From the human T2T-CHM13v2.0 reference genome, Homo sapiens: a stretch of 64,000 nt of DNA. The notes below the pieces were generated by a model that saw only the letters and a list, made by a program, of their open reading frames with translations, had not been told where the DNA came from and did not search any database. A program made the translations under genes and the position numbers. Shown here in pieces: positions 42,655 to 59,081 of the stretch (positions are counted from its first letter, which is position 1; each line of letters starts with the position of its first letter). The stretch lies in the NCBI RefSeq assembly GCF_009914755.1, contig NC_060938.1; one strand, given 5' to 3'.

Positions 42655-42946
42655 TGTTTTTGTTTTTGAGACAGAGTCTCACTGCCCAGGCTGGAGTGCA
42701 GTGGCAGTGATTTTGGCTCACTGCAGCTGCCATCTCCTGGGTTCAAGTGATTCACTTGCCTCCGCCTCCCAAGTAGCCGGGATTACAGGCATGCGCCACT
42801 ATGCCCAGCTAATTTTTGTATTTTTTAGTAGAGACGGGGTTTCACCATGTTGGCCAGACTGGTCTTGAACTCCTGACCTCAAGTGATCCACCCGCCTCAG
42901 CCTCCCAAAGTGGTGGGATTACAGGCGTGAGCCACCACACCCGGCC
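42655..42946 (-). mobile_element. Alu (AluS-like)
   Basis: full dimer. Confidence 0.93.
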
Positions 42947-43029
42947 TGAAGATTTCTAATTTATTTTCTGATAAAAATCAGAAATATTTCACTAAACACA
43001 ATCAAGATATCAAATATATTAATTACTCC

Positions 43030-46000
43030 TAAAAGTTTCCTTATGTGGTGCTCCTTTATAATTTTCCCATTCTTCCCCACAACCCTCACAAACACTGATG
43101 TGCTTTCTGGCACTATAGTTCAGGTTTTCAAAGTTGTCTGACTATTCTAGGTGTTTTACATTTCCACAGCAATTTTAGAATCAGCATGTCAACTTCTTTA
43201 ATAAAAAGCCTCCTCAAATTGTGATTGGGGTTGCACTGAATCTACAGAACAATTTGTGAAGAATTATCATCTCAACAGTATTGAGTCTTCTGGTTTGTGA
43301 ACATGGTATAGTTCTCCATTTATTTGGGTTTTTAATTTCTTTCAGGAGTTTTGTAGTTTTCTGTATGCAGGTGTTTATGCATCTTTTGTCATATTTATCC
43401 CTAAGAATGTCATATTCTTTATGTTATTATATGTTGTATTATTTTAACTTCAGATTGTCCGTTGCTAGTATATATAAATCTGATTGATTTTTGTACATTG
43501 ATAGTGAATATTACAATCTTTCTAGCCTAATTTATTAGTTCTAGTAGCTACTTTGTAGATTTTATTCCATTTTCTACACAGATGATGATGTGGTCTGTGA
43601 ATAAAGAGAGTTGTACTTCCTACTTTCTAATCCAGATGCCTTTTATTTCATTATTTTCTCTTTTTGCACTGGCTGAAACCTCTAGGACAATGTTGAAAAG
43701 TAGTAGTAAAGGCAGACTTCATCACCCTGTTTGGGTGAGCCTGGAGGAAAAAACATCCCGTCTTTTACCATTAAGTATGAGTTAGTCATAGGTTTTTCAC
43801 AGGTACGCTTTATCAGGTTGACCAAGTTCCTTTCTATTCCTACCATGTTCAGAACTTTTTTTTATCAGGAATGAATGTTGGATTTTGCTAAATGCCCTGT
43901 GTGTATTTAGATGATAATGTGGTTTTTCTTTTTTAGTTGTTAAGATGAAATGATTTTTGGATATTAAACCAACACTGCATTCTAGAATAAACTCCACTTA
44001 TGATGTATTAACTTTTAAAATATATTACTGGATTACCTTTGCTAAACCTTTTATTTTTAATGTTTGCACCTAGGTTTATGAAGAACATTAGCCTGTAGTT
44101 TTGTTCTCTTGTAAGATTGTTGTCTAATTTTGGTGTCAGAAAAATGCTGACTCAAAATGATTCGGGAGTTATTTCTCATTCTTCAATTTTCTAGATAGGT
44201 ATATATAGGATTGGCATTATTTCTTTCTTATATGTCTGGTAGAATTTACTGTATGGCATCATCTGGCCCGGAGTTTTCTTTGTGAGAATACATACAGGAT
44301 TATTCAGGTTATTTATAATTGAGTGAGCTTTGGTAGTTTGTATCTCTTGTTGAAACTGCCCATTTTATTGGCATAATACTGTTCATAATACTGTCTTGTT
44401 ATCTAATATTTGTAAATTCTGTCTTGATATCCCATCATTCATTTCTGATGCTTATCACTTGTTTCTTCTTTTTACTTTTTTTCCTGATCAATCTGTCTAG
44501 ATGTTTATCATTTTTACTGCTCATCTCAAAGAATCAGATTTTTATTTCACTGACATTCTCTATTACTATTTTTTTTCCTTTCCATTTCGTTTATTTTTAT
44601 TCTGATCTTTATTTCCTTTCTCTGCTTACTTTGCATTATATTTGCTCATCTTTTTCTAGCTTCTTAGGTGGAAGCTGAGGATACTGATTTTGAGAGCTTC
44701 TGTTTAGTGCTATAAATTTCCCTATAAGTACAGGCTGAATATCCCTATCTAAAATGCTTGGGACCAGACATATTTCAGATTTCAGATTTTTTAGTACTTG
44801 CAGAATATATACTGGTTAAACATCCCTAATCAGAAAACAGAAAATACAAAATGCTCCAATGAGCATTTTCTTTGAGCATAATGTTGGACTTTCTTAAACA
44901 TTTCTTGTAGGATAGGTCTGCTGGTGACTTGTTCTTTCAGTGTTTGTAAGTCTGAAAAACTCTATTTTGCCTTTGTTTTTGAAAGAGATTTTCTCTAGGA
45001 ATAGAATTTTAGGTTGACAATTTTTTTTCAGTACTTTAAAGATTTTCCACTGTCTTCTCACTTATTTCTAACAATAAATATTCCTTGTCTTTGTTCTTTT
45101 GTATATCATGAGTCCTGTTCTGAATGCTTCTAAGATGTTCTAATCAAATAAGCAATTTGATTCATGTGTCTTAGTGTAGTTTTTTTTCGTTTTTTTTGTT
45201 GTTGTTGTTGTTTTTTGTGCTCAGGGTTTGTTGAGCACTTTGGATCTGTGGGCCCATATTAATAGTTATCATCAAGTATGGACAATTTTCAGCCATCTCC
45301 CCTTTTCAGTTTGTCTCCCTTTTCTCTTTCGTTTCCCTTTTTTCTCTTTGTCTCTTCATTCTCTCTCTTTTTTTTTTTTCTCATTTTTGTCCCTTTTTCT
45401 TCTGTTGTCCCTTCAAGGACACCAATTATATCCATATTAGGCCACTTGAAATTGTCCTACAGCTTAATGATACTCTTCACTTATAAAAAATTACTTTTTC
45501 TTTCCATGTTTCATTTTGAATATTTTCCACCTCTATGCCCTCAAATTCAAATATACGTTTTTTGCAATATTTAATCATCTGCTAATTTCATCCTTTGATA
45601 ATTCCATCAGACACATGTTAATTAACATCCTTTGTTAATTCCTTTGTTAATTCCATCCAAAGCTCACTCAGTATTTAATCATCTGCTAATTTCATCCTTT
45701 GTTAATTCCATCAGACACTGTGGTTTTCATCTCTAGAAGTTTGACTTGGGCCTTTTTTATACCTTCCATATCTCAACTTGTTAAGCATCTTAAACAGTTA
45801 TAACTGTTTTAATGTTTTTGTCTGCTAATTCTGGCATCTGTCAGTGTGGGTTGGTTTTACTGATTTTCATCTTATTTTGCTTCTTTGCTTGTCTGGTAAT
45901 CTTTGAGTAGATGCCCAACATTGTGAATTTTACTTTGTTGGGTGCTGTATATTTTTGAATTTTCAAAAATACTCCAATACTCTGAAGCACTCTCCAATAC

Positions 46001-46270
46001 TCTACCTTAAATACTCTAACTGGCTTGGGACCCCACCTGGGTTCCTTCTCCCTGTACTGTGGCCTGAAAACTTTCCCAACGCCATAAGCTGGGGCAATTA
46101 TATGGCTTCCTTGGTTTGTTTCCTATTTTTCAGGCCTCATTGTCCTTCATTACCTGATGTTCAGTTTCTTGAAAATCACTGTTTCATATATTTTGCCTAC
46201 TTTATTTGATTGTTTTGGGTAGCATGGTAAATCTACTTCTTGTTACCTGATTTTGACCAGATGTGGAAGT
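43030..46270 (-). mobile_element. Old L1 (L1M-type) ORF2 and 5' fragments
   Basis: antisense ORF2 motifs: gttgcactgaatctacagaacaatttgtgaagaatt, tcaggaatgaatgttggattttg. Confidence 0.75.
44731..44887 (+). mobile_element. Tigger4/MER46-like DNA transposon fragment nested in L1
   Basis: caggctgaatatccctatctaaaatgcttgggaccaga...aaatgctccaatgagcatt. Confidence 0.75.
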
Positions 46271-46339
46271 TTATCTGCATAATAGAATTTTAAAATTGGA
46301 AATAATCTTGGAGGTATTCCCTTCCTAAGCTTCATATTG

Positions 46340-46820
46340 GTTTTTTTTTTATTTTAATTTTTGTGGGTACATAGTAGGTATATATTTATGGGGAATTTAT
46401 TTGGTACAGGCGGCAATGTGAAATAAACACATCATGGAGAAAGCGGTATCCATCCCCTCAAGCATTTATCCTTTGAGTTACAAGCAATTCAATGACACTC
46501 TGTTATATTAAAATATAAAATTCAGTTATTACTGACTATAGTCACCCTGTTGTGTTATCAAATACTAGAACTTACTCATTCTTTCTTTTTTTTTTTTTTT
46601 GGTACCCATTAACCATCCCCACTCCCCTCCGACCATATCAAATCCCTTCTCAGCCTCGGGTAACCATCCTTCTACTTCCTATGTCTGTGAGTTAATTGTT
46701 TTGATTTTTAGATCCCACAAATAAGTAAGAACATGTGATGTTTGTCTTTCTGTCCCCGGCTTATTTCACATAACATAAGGATCTCCAGCTCCATCCTTGT
46801 TCTTGAAAATAAGCCTCATT
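46340..46820 (-). mobile_element. L1MA-type 3' end
   Basis: gtgggtacatagtaggtatatatttatgggg...gatcccacaaataagtaagaacatg. Confidence 0.82.
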
Positions 46821-46827
46821 TTATAAA

Positions 46828-47176
46828 CTCATGCTCACATAATAATAGGGATGCATACATTCTGAGAAATGCATTGTTAGGCAATTTTGTTGTGCAAGTA
46901 TCACAGAGGGTACTTGCATAAACATGGATGGTATATCCACATAGCCTACTAAACACCTAGGGTATATGTATAGCCCTATTGTTCTTAAGCTACAAACCTG
47001 CACAGCACATTACTGTACTGATATTGTAGGAACTGTAACACAATGACAATTACTGTGTATCTAAACATATCTAAGCATAGAAAAGGTACAGTAAAAATAT
47101 AGTATTATAACCTTATGGGACCACTGTTGTATATGTAGCCCATTGTTGACTGAAATGTTATGCAGTACAGGATTGT
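46828..47176 (+). mobile_element. Tigger3/MER7-like DNA transposon
   Basis: cattctgagaaatgcattgttaggcaatttt...aaaaggtacagtaaaaat...ttatgggaccac. Confidence 0.78.
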
Positions 47177-48543
47177 ATTTTGGGAACTAGAACTATATAA
47201 AAGATTACGGTCACATACCAGCGCCAGAGTGCAAATTCGACTTTGTTTTTTTTTTTTATTTTTTCACCTCTACTCAGTACTTTGTTTAATACTTAGGGAA
47301 ACAATGAACTTTAGAAATTAAAATACAAAGAAAATGAATTTGTCAATAATTCTCTGCTATGAGTGTATAATTAAGTTTGTATTTTATGTAGATACAATGA
47401 AGTAGGTTTCTATGTTATGTAAACGTTATAGGAATATACACACACATATGTACATACATATATATTACACATCTCTATATATATATATAAATATATATAT
47501 GTTAGATAAATTAATCTGATTTATCTCTCAGTAAGATTTGGCAGTGTTTATGTCTTTTAAAGCATGTGGGAACCAACTCTTCAAAATTGACTAGAACTTT
47601 TTCCTGATCAGCCAAATCTCCCATTTTGGAAAATATTAGAGAACAACACATAGAGTATCAATTTCTTTCTAAATTGAAACTACACAATATAGGAAATTTA
47701 GGGATAGAAGCATTAATTAACAATTATCAGTTGTAAATTACAAAAATACAAACCACAATCACTACTACTTATTCCCTCCTGCAAATTTAAATGCCTTAAA
47801 TTATATGAACAAAATTGTTAATTCCTAATTTTCTCAGTGAGTAGTCTTTCAGGGCACTGAAAAAAATAAATAAATTGGGAGAAATACCACATACTCTATA
47901 TCTTTATTGAATATTCATAACCCATTTTAGCATACTAAAAGTTCTCACAGGCCCTGAAGTAAAGAAACCTGTTTAATGCAATGTTAACCAAACTTACAAA
48001 AAGAGATTCTGCTATCAATAACATTTAATACCACATAGAACTAGGGTTTTCAGATAACACCTTGAGTTAATGCTGTGCTAATTTATTTTATTTCAAGAGA
48101 AATAGTAAAAGCCCCTATGTCTCATGGAAGAGATTCCTTTTACTGCCATAAACTTGAAGGGAACGCTTAGACAACATGTTACAATTGAGAGGTTTGGTAA
48201 TTCATTCTTGAAAACCAATTTACACAACTGAGGGCCAAGTGCTATAAAGTAGAATACCTCACATGACCATGGTGTGCATCAGCATCAAAGTGGAATTCCA
48301 CATATGATCACTGTATATGTCGGCATCAGCTTAAATGAATTCATGTGATTCATTCATGAAAGAAAAATAACTAGTTTTACAGAATTATAAGAGATTAACA
48401 GAAAAATCATTTTGTTTTACCCTTTCTCTTTAAGGTAGACTATCATTTTATAGTTATCAATTGTCAGGCAATTGCCTTTCTAACTACATTAAGAAAATAT
48501 TGCCTAGAATTGCCTTTCTAACTATATTAAGAAAATATAGTAC

Positions 48544-48599
48544 CTGTAAGGTTTCTCTGCATACATAGGCTATTTGCAATTCTGATAATGGTCCAGTAA
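48544..48599 (-). CDS. MAP4K5: MAP4K5 coding exon (~exon 6, 56 nt): (V)TGPLSELQIAYVCRETLQ
   Basis: ctttctag|TTACTGGA...TTACAG|gtacta. Confidence 0.95.
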
Positions 48600-48678
48600 C
48601 TAGAAAGAAAAAGAGACCACATTGTTATACATTTAAACCTAACATTAGAAACAGTCTACTTAAAAAAATGGCAAACTA

Positions 48679-49017
<339 letters not shown>

Positions 49018-50019
49018 CTATTTATACAGTTGAGTGATTTCTCTTCTGATTGTGAGCATATATTATTTCTGTCAACAAGAATCAAAAACAAAAGGTAACA
49101 CTGAGAATTTTTTCAAATGTACTTTAAAAGATTTAACTCCGTAACAACTGTGGTCCTTGAAAATATTAAGCACTCATGTGCAAAGCATAGTGGTATGCAT
49201 TATAGGAAGGTCTATAGAATGCAATCCTGAACAATTTTTCAAAAATAAAGAAATACATATAACTAATTATACAGAGAAATAGAGAATCATAAAGAGATTG
49301 ACTATCCAATATATTAAAAGGCATCATATACTTTTTTATAGATCAAGATGCTATTTCTTTAGTATAATTCTTTACCACACCTATCAAAAGAGAGGCTTGA
49401 TCCAGTACCTTATCTAAGAATTTAAAAAATAACCGTGTCACTTTTGGCAACCAGATCTCTCCCTAATATGAAATATAAAATTCTACTTATTTCAAGAACT
49501 CAACCAGAGGCTTCGGGACTATGCCTTTCAGTACCATGAGAGTAACTCTGGGGTGGTATCTGCTGACAGCGAAACCAAATCAGGTAGTCATGTGTATTCT
49601 TCACCTAGAGAAATTTCTACCGCGTATTTTAATCACTGGCTCTCTCTACCCATTCAGGAACATAAATTTTTGATTCTTAGTAACATGATAAATAGTAGTA
49701 AAAGAAAAAAAGTCACTTTATTAACAACATCTAATTATAAGTGTAGATTTTATTGATTATTATGCTATCTAGTATACTAACTACCGGGATGGGTACTTCT
49801 TAGGTTCAATTTAATTCAACAAATATCAGGTTTAATAAGAGAAAGTCAGAATTTCATGAAAAAATAAAATTAATGTTTCAAAGCTATTCTTTAAACTTAA
49901 AAGTTGCAAAAAAAAAAAAAAAAGCCAGCTATCTTGAGTGCTCTCATTTTATAAAAATGTGAATGGACAAAAATTACAATTACCGAATAAAAACTTTTCA
50001 CAGAAAAGACAGCAATTCC

Positions 50020-50304
<285 letters not shown>

Positions 50305-51755
50305 GAAGATAGCAATTCTTTATAAAATCATAGAAAAAAATTAAATCCAGTGGCACAGAGAATTTTAAATCCACATGCCTAAGAAATAGCCTAAATCATA
50401 GTAATTTGTGTATTTGTAACATTTATGTGATGTTAAAACATTTTTGTTAATAAAGAGGTAGTGATCAGTGTTTAGACATCAGTCAGAATTTTTGTTGTTA
50501 TGGATTATTTGTTGTGACAAAATTAGATAATTATGACATTTTAAAATTGATAATTAAGTACTATATTGATAAGTTTTTTTGTAATTTAAAAGTTTACTTC
50601 TGAGCTTTGCTTTCCCTCTCCTCTGGTAATGACTTAGTCAACTGGTAGGTATTCTTTCATTTTGCTATACATTTACATTCTATATTTATACTTATAAAAA
50701 TGTAATTTTTAAAAGCCTAAGTATGACCCAGTATGTTATACATATTCTTTCACAATTCACTTTTTCCATTTAAAAACAAGCCTTAGGGATATATACCCAG
50801 GTCAATAATTATGAAGTAACTTCATCTTTTTAAGTGCCGCACAGTATTCCATATTACAGGTTGAAGAGTAGTTTATTTAACCACTGCTCTATTGATTGAC
50901 ATTTTAAAACTGAGCTCTGTAGTTACAACCTATTATTTGAAGTGAAATAGCACTTCTGTTTTTATATCTACTGTGGCTGCATTTGTAAACTGCATGACTG
51001 AAATTTGGTAAGGTTTCCAATATAAAGATTTCAGCATAGAAACGTTTAAAAATATTTCACGTAATTCTTTAAAACAAATTATAAAATAAGTAGCTGCAAT
51101 GGGAGTTTTACTATCCCATATCCATGTTAAACAAGGAGAAGAAAAATTATAAGGATCTATGTTTAGTCTCATAAATTCTAGAAATTCAAGAAATTGCCAG
51201 CAGCAACAAAACAAATTAAAAGCTAAACAGTAGAGCCAAAACAAAACTTTCTAAACAGTATTAGAATGTAATGTCAAATTCAACTCAGGAAACTGCCTAA
51301 ATTAATATGAATACTAAATAAAATACTCGAAACTTTAAAACATACATATTAATACAAAAATATTACAGTAACAAGCAAATTGCTTTTCTGGTTAGCAGGT
51401 TAAGTTACTAAGACAGACACGTAACTTCCCTTCTGTGAGTTACCCCTTGCATTTCAATTTTTTTTTACAAGGAAATTTAGGAAGTTTCATTTGTAGATAA
51501 AACACTTTCCTAGAGATATCTAAAGAGTAAAATTTGGATTATATAAATACTTTTGCATTTGTCACTTCAGGCTCAGGCAAGTTTAATTGACTAACCAATA
51601 AAAAATAAATACAGATTTCTGTTATGCAGTGCTCCGGGAACAGAAGAATGCAAAATAGTAAGTCTACCTGTTAATTTCCGTGGTTAACTGGAAATATCGA
51701 ACAACAATCATTAAAACCAAAGTCTGTTTAAAATGTAAAGTCAAATTAACAGTAC

Positions 51756-51820
51756 CATGGTAAATATCTTGAAGTGATCCGCCACCACAGTATTCCATAC
51801 AAATCCATAGTTTTTCCCGA
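51756..51820 (-). CDS. MAP4K5: MAP4K5 coding exon (~exon 5, 65 nt): [21 protein letters not shown]
   Basis: gtattag|TCGGGAA...CATG|gtactg; hinge region. Confidence 0.95.
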
Positions 51821-52281
51821 CTAATACAAAAAAAAAAGAAAATTATATTAGCTAGTAATTTTCAATCACTGAAATACTCTAAGGCTCTCACTCTTTAGCA
51901 CACCAGGGTTCAGAATGGACTGTGAAGTGCAACAGGAAACTGCTATGTAATCTTGCTACAATATACAGAAAAGCACATTAATTTCAGCTTTGTTCCCATC
52001 TTCAGTGGTTTAGAATATGATCAGTTTTGTAAGTTAAAACACTTACTTGTAATCACTTATGTTTCATTAAAATTGCCAGATGAGGTACAACTATAAAAAT
52101 GGGAGTACCATTATTAATATGTAATAGGGGAAAACCGTAGAAATAGGAAAACCTTAAAAAATTTAGAACTTTGCAGTGTTTAAAAACATACAAATATAGT
52201 AGCACTTACATACAAGGGAGAGAGTGTAGTAGCAAAGAATATATAAAATACAGAGAGAGATGATGCTTTTTTTTCTCTTAC

Positions 52282-52372
52282 CTAAGATAACTCCCAAAGT
52301 AGGCAACGATGTTACAATGTTTACATTCTTTAACCATAAATATTTCTTGTTGAATCAAAGAAAAATCATCTC
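52282..52372 (-). CDS. MAP4K5: MAP4K5 coding exon (~exon 4, 91 nt): (G)[29 protein letters not shown](S)
   Basis: ttttccag|GAGATGAT...TATCTTAG|gtaaga; kinase subdomains III-IV. Confidence 0.95.
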
Positions 52373-52807
52373 CTGGAAAACAAAATAAGTTGTTTATCAT
52401 GTTACTCAAAATCTCTACATATGAAAAGAAGGAAGGAAAACTTTACAATAAATATTAGAGATGAGGAATGAGGCATTCTTAATACTTCAATGAAAATGTA
52501 AACTGGTAGAATCTTTCTATAAAGTCAGAAGTCTTTAAAATATACAGAATCTTTGAACCCACAATTTTACTTACAAATTTTTTTTTTCTTAAGGAGATAT
52601 GTACAAAGACAGATGTTTACCACAGTATGGTTTAATAATGCAAGGATGGTTAAATAAATTACAGTACAGTGTGCTGTGACATGAAAATAGGTTTATATTA
52701 TGTGAAAAAGATTATATATTATTTAAGTATATAGAAAAAGTATTGCAAAAGTAATTTTGCTTTCTTCCTTTTTGGTCTGTATTTTACAATCAAACCCTTA
52801 TGAGTTA

Positions 52808-53066
<259 letters not shown>

Positions 53067-53326
53067 GTTCAGTGGTGTCCAGACAGACTCTGGCTCTAAC
53101 TCAAAGTCATCTTAGAAAAACATACAAGGCCAAGAAGGAAAAACTCAGCAATTAGGTCTTAGATAAATAAACAAAATCTTCACACAAGTCAGAGATATTT
53201 TTTCCCTTTATACTTTCAACTTTTTCAGTTCAAAACCAAAACAGAGCTTTAAATATTCTTGTCATGCCATTAAAAGCTTTTAAAGAACCTATCACTACTG
53301 ATGTGGTTTAAACATCTATTTAGTTT

Positions 53327-53523
<197 letters not shown>

Positions 53524-54194
53524 TTAACTATTAATATGACACATTTATTTATAATCATTGGAACTTTTTTTAACAGTCAATTCACGTAAACATTAACTGA
53601 TAGTTCAGTTACAGAATTTCATGTTAGCAATTTTAAAGGGTTAGGGAAGCCAAATGAGGGTACAATCTTCTAACTGAATGAACGTCTGAGAGAAAACCTT
53701 TAAAGATAATCTACCTTTTATTTGTAACCTGGGAAAACATGTATTACATAAATGGTTACGTATACCTTAAACATAAGTGTACGAATGGCTACTTGTTACA
53801 ATTGAAAATGTGCTTCTTAATGGTTTTACAATAAAAGAGGATCAAAGGAGATAATCCAAAATAGAAGATGATCTCCTGTTCCTCATTATCAGTTTAGCCA
53901 GCTGTGAGTAAGCCCTGAAGGTGACAGTAGAAAGTCTGCCTACCTAGGTGCAGAGGAAAGGCCCTGCTTTCTGTGTTCACTCGCGGGCACCAGAATACTT
54001 TCTTCTTTTATATCACTCCTCCATCTGAGCCTTTTCCATCATAGCATTAAAACTTCTCCTTTACGCATGCTAATTTCCCTCAAACTGGCTAAATTCTAGC
54101 CCATCTTTCATGTTTGAAAAAACATGAATTACAAAGAAGAGTAAAGCAGCACATAATTTTGTTAATATATGTGTATATATATTAACACATATAT

Positions 54195-54568
54195 ATATAG
54201 TCCATTCTCACACTGCTATACAGAACTGCCCAAGACTGGGTAATTTATAAAGAAAAGAGGTTTAATTGACTTACACCTCCGCATGGCTTGGGAGGCCTCA
54301 GGAAACTTACAATCATGGCAGAAGGGGAAGCAGGCAAGTCTGACACTGTGGCAGGTGAGAGAGTGTGTGTGTTACAGGAACTGTCAGACACTTATAAAAC
54401 CATCAGATCTCATGAGAACTCACTATCATGAGAACTCACTATCATGAGAACAGCATGGGGGAAACCACCTCCATGATCCAATCACCTCCCACCAGGCCTC
54501 TCCTTTGATGCCTGAGAATTACAATTCAAGATGAGATTTGGGTGGGGACACAAAGCCTAACCATATCA
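54195..54568. mobile_element. MaLR solo LTR (THE1/MST-like)
   Basis: agtccattctcacactgctat...actgggtaatttataaagaaaagaggtttaattgact...gagatttgggtggggacaca...aaccatatca. Confidence 0.9.
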
Positions 54569-55306
54569 ATATGTTATTCTTTGGATTCCCACCTACTCAC
54601 TTTTAAATGTGCACAGAAGCCTTATATCTGAGCTATGCTGAGAAATTCTTCAGTTAAGTCTGGGATTTAGAACAGATTTTCTCACAAGAGTAGCTTCACA
54701 TAATATGGTGCCTAACTTCTCAATTGTGTGTAAATTCTTAAACTGACCCATAAAAGTCAATAATATGGCTGAATTAATATTACTAGTAACAAACTACTAA
54801 CTCTTGGTAGTAGTTTGAGTTCTGGGTTCCACCCTGCAACTGTGTTTCCAGCAGCAGCTATGTGAGGTTTCTATCAGGCAAGGTGAGGTCTTGGTGAGAG
54901 TGAGTGACAACTTTTTACAGCTGTAGCTGGAAGCAAGAATTCCCAAGCACAGGTTATTAATAAGTCAGATGTTTGAACTCCACCTTCAGATATATTCTTC
55001 GTATATCTGCTTCACTATTATATTATTTGAAACTTTAATGCAAAGAGAGTAAAATCTTCTGTGAACTGAAATTGTATCATGGAAGAGACTTACATAAAGC
55101 TACTATTTTTGTAGTTTATCCTGAGAGGTAAGTAAGCTAAATATGGTTATCACAGATGTAGCTATTCTTTGATGGCCTACATCAGCCTCATAAAAATAAT
55201 CTGAAATTCGGATAGTTGATTTTATTCTTTTAACTGGGTGATACGCCAAATTAATATTACTTTCCACTGAGATGTGGCATAAAATCCACTAGGTTCAGAG
55301 AACTTA

Positions 55307-55567
<261 letters not shown>

Positions 55568-56249
55568 TCACACCCTGACAATGTAAGGATGAGACTAGTT
55601 GAGAACCACAGAGCCCCTTATCTTATCTTCAGTTTTGACTATATACCTATTATTTCTATTTGAATGTCTTGCTAGTACCTTACATTTAATACATGCCCTG
55701 AAGTACCAATATCTTCTCTTAAAAACCAATTTTTCTTCCTGACTTTACAGTTTGTGTTAATGACACTTTATTCTAAAGGATTAATCACTACCAGTCTGAT
55801 CATAGCCCTCCTAACAAAATCTACCTCCATCCATGGCACTGTTTGTGTCATGTGACCTTGTACTAGCCAAAGGAACCAGGGTGAACAACTGACTTGAAAA
55901 GAACTAATCCATAGCCTGGCAAGAGCTAATCACATTTGATCTCTTGAAAATGTGAACCATGGAGACTCGGTCAGTTGTCAGTTACCAGCAGAATCATAAT
56001 AAAAGTGAAATATTAGAACAAGAGGCCATGAATGACTATGGCTAAGATTCCTAGAGATGTCCTACTGGAAACCTGGCTGCTGAGTACATCCTTACACAGG
56101 AAAGGGAGAAATACTAGAGACCGAAAGTACAGGTTGTTTTTTTTCTCCTCCTTTCTGTAAGGGCAGTTGCAGGTTCTACCAAACCGCAGACAGAGATGGG
56201 AACCACTGAAGACAGATGCTTATTTCCTTGGGCTCCTCAAGTATGCATG

Positions 56250-56305
56250 GGTGTGTGTGTGTGTGTGAGAGAGAGAGACAGACAGAGAGAGACAGAGAGC
56301 GAGTG

Positions 56306-56354
<49 letters not shown>
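56250..56354. repeat. Compound (GT)n(GA)n(GT)n microsatellite
   Basis: direct reading. Confidence 0.95.
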
Positions 56355-56357
<3 letters not shown>

Positions 56358-57486
56358 AGGGAACTCAGCCTGATACTCTTAGAAAAAAAAAAAAATGACC
56401 CCCTTCAGCCAGAAAGGGGAAATATGTAGAGCCAAAAGGGATGGTAGTTCTGTATCTGAGACAGTAGACACTGGAACTAGTCCTAATTAAAATGATAAAT
56501 TATTAAAAGCTCCTAAAACTGGCTTGAGCCCTGGGAGGTAGCTATAAAAATTAACTAAGAAATGTAGATATTTGTTATAGCATGCTGGGTTCTAAATGAT
56601 GTTAACATTGGGGGTTTGTGTTTTAAAGTTTTTTGAAAAACCACTGTATTACTGTTTAAATTAAGCATGTTCAGTAACCACTAGAGCAATGATCACAGCC
56701 TCCAACATAGTGTTTCAAGGCTGACATTAAGAGACAGATTTGCTAAAAAGTGTACAAGTACAAGATCCTGAAGGCCAAGTTTTCTGCCCCTTGTTTCTAA
56801 GCCACCTTCTGCCTAGCAGGCACACTGCAACTCTAAACTACAATTTTTAACTGGAGTGGGCAGCCAACCCCCTAAAACAAGTTACACTACAAAGATACAG
56901 CCTTAGTATCTGGGGTCACCTTGAGGGGCTGGTCTTTGCTCCCAGTTTCACAGCTCTGAATACAATTAGCCAATGCCAGTGTTAGCTACCACTTGCTTCT
57001 GCTACCATCAGTGCATCAAAATAGGATCAAGTTAGACATTATTAATGCCACACTCAAAACACTTGTAAAAACATAGTAAGAAAAAAGTAGAAATCTTGGG
57101 AAGCAAAAGACTAGAATTTTAGAGTTTCCTAATACTATCTGCAGGTTGACATAAAGCAGTTAAGCCTTCATACTCTGGGGATGAACTGGAGTAAGTCGGT
57201 TGCACCCCTCGTGTATAAGGGTCCTCTGCATTACATTTGGATTCAATACCCTCTTAAAACTTTCTTGCAATCAAATGAGTCCTAACAAATAGTACCTGGG
57301 AAGGGATTAAAAGCAGCAGACCCTCAGATTTTTTTTCAAAAAAAGGTACTAGGCATTAAAACCTGGTTGTGCCAAGATAAAAGGCAGTAAGATTCATCAC
57401 ACCCCTCCTTCCAAAAATATGACAGTAGATCACAGATTTAATACTGAGGTAATTAATTCAACCAATGTCTATAATTATGTGGATAG

Positions 57487-57791
<305 letters not shown>

Positions 57792-57839
57792 TTATTATCT
57801 CTTAAACTCCTAAAACTGTGTTCCAAGCTATAAGCATGA

Positions 57840-58182
<343 letters not shown>

Positions 58183-58507
58183 TGAGCTTTCAGAAAGTTA
58201 GCACATTATAATAATTCTACAAAAAGTATATTAGTGAGTATTTTCCATTTGTTATTTCATCAAATATCAACTGGTTTATGCTTTTTATGTCTACTGTATT
58301 TCTACTTCATTGTTCATGTTGAAATTATTAACGTGATGCTTCGAGTTGTATTTCCTATTTTAATCCTCTAATTTTTAACTAATCTCACAGAATTATTAAT
58401 AAATCCATGACACTGGATTTGGTAGTGATTTCCAAGATACAACACCAAAAGCACAGGTAACAAAAGCAAAAACAGAGAGATGAGACTGCCTCAAATTTCA
58501 AAATTTT

Positions 58508-58804
58508 GGCTGGGTGCAGAGGCTCACGCATAATCCCAACACTTTAGAAGGCCAAAGTGGGAAGATCATATGAGCCCAGGAGTTCAAGACCAGCCTGGGC
58601 AACATAGCAAGACTCTGTCTCCACAAAAAAAACACAAAAATTAGCCAGATGTGCTGGCGTGTGCCTGTAGCCCCACCTACTCAGGAGGCTGAGCTGGGAG
58701 GATTACTTGAGCCCAGGAGTTCAAGGCTGCAGTGAGCTATGATCACCACTGCACTCCAGCCTGGGTAACACAGCAAGACCCCATCTCAAAAAAAAAAAAA
58801 AAAA
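58508..58804 (+). mobile_element. AluJ-like element nested in an L1 ORF2 fragment (about 58400-58930)
   Basis: L1 motif caacaccaaaagcacaggtaacaaaagc before the Alu and aaggacacaaccaacaaagtgaaaaagcaacc after it. Confidence 0.9.
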
Positions 58805-59081
58805 TTTGCTCACGAAAGGACACAACCAACAAAGTGAAAAAGCAACCTATAGGAGAAACTATTTGCAAATCCTGTATCTGGTAAGATATATCTGGTTGAG
58901 AAGTTAATATCCAGAATATGTAAAGAAAACTATCAGACTCATGCCTATCCTATATAGGTATCAATAATGGAAACTACCATTTCTTAAACTAAAAATAATT
59001 GTTTTATTCCATATTATTGTATCCACATTAATATACTTATCTTAGAAAAGTAAGCCAATGTAGAAAAATATAAAGAATGTA

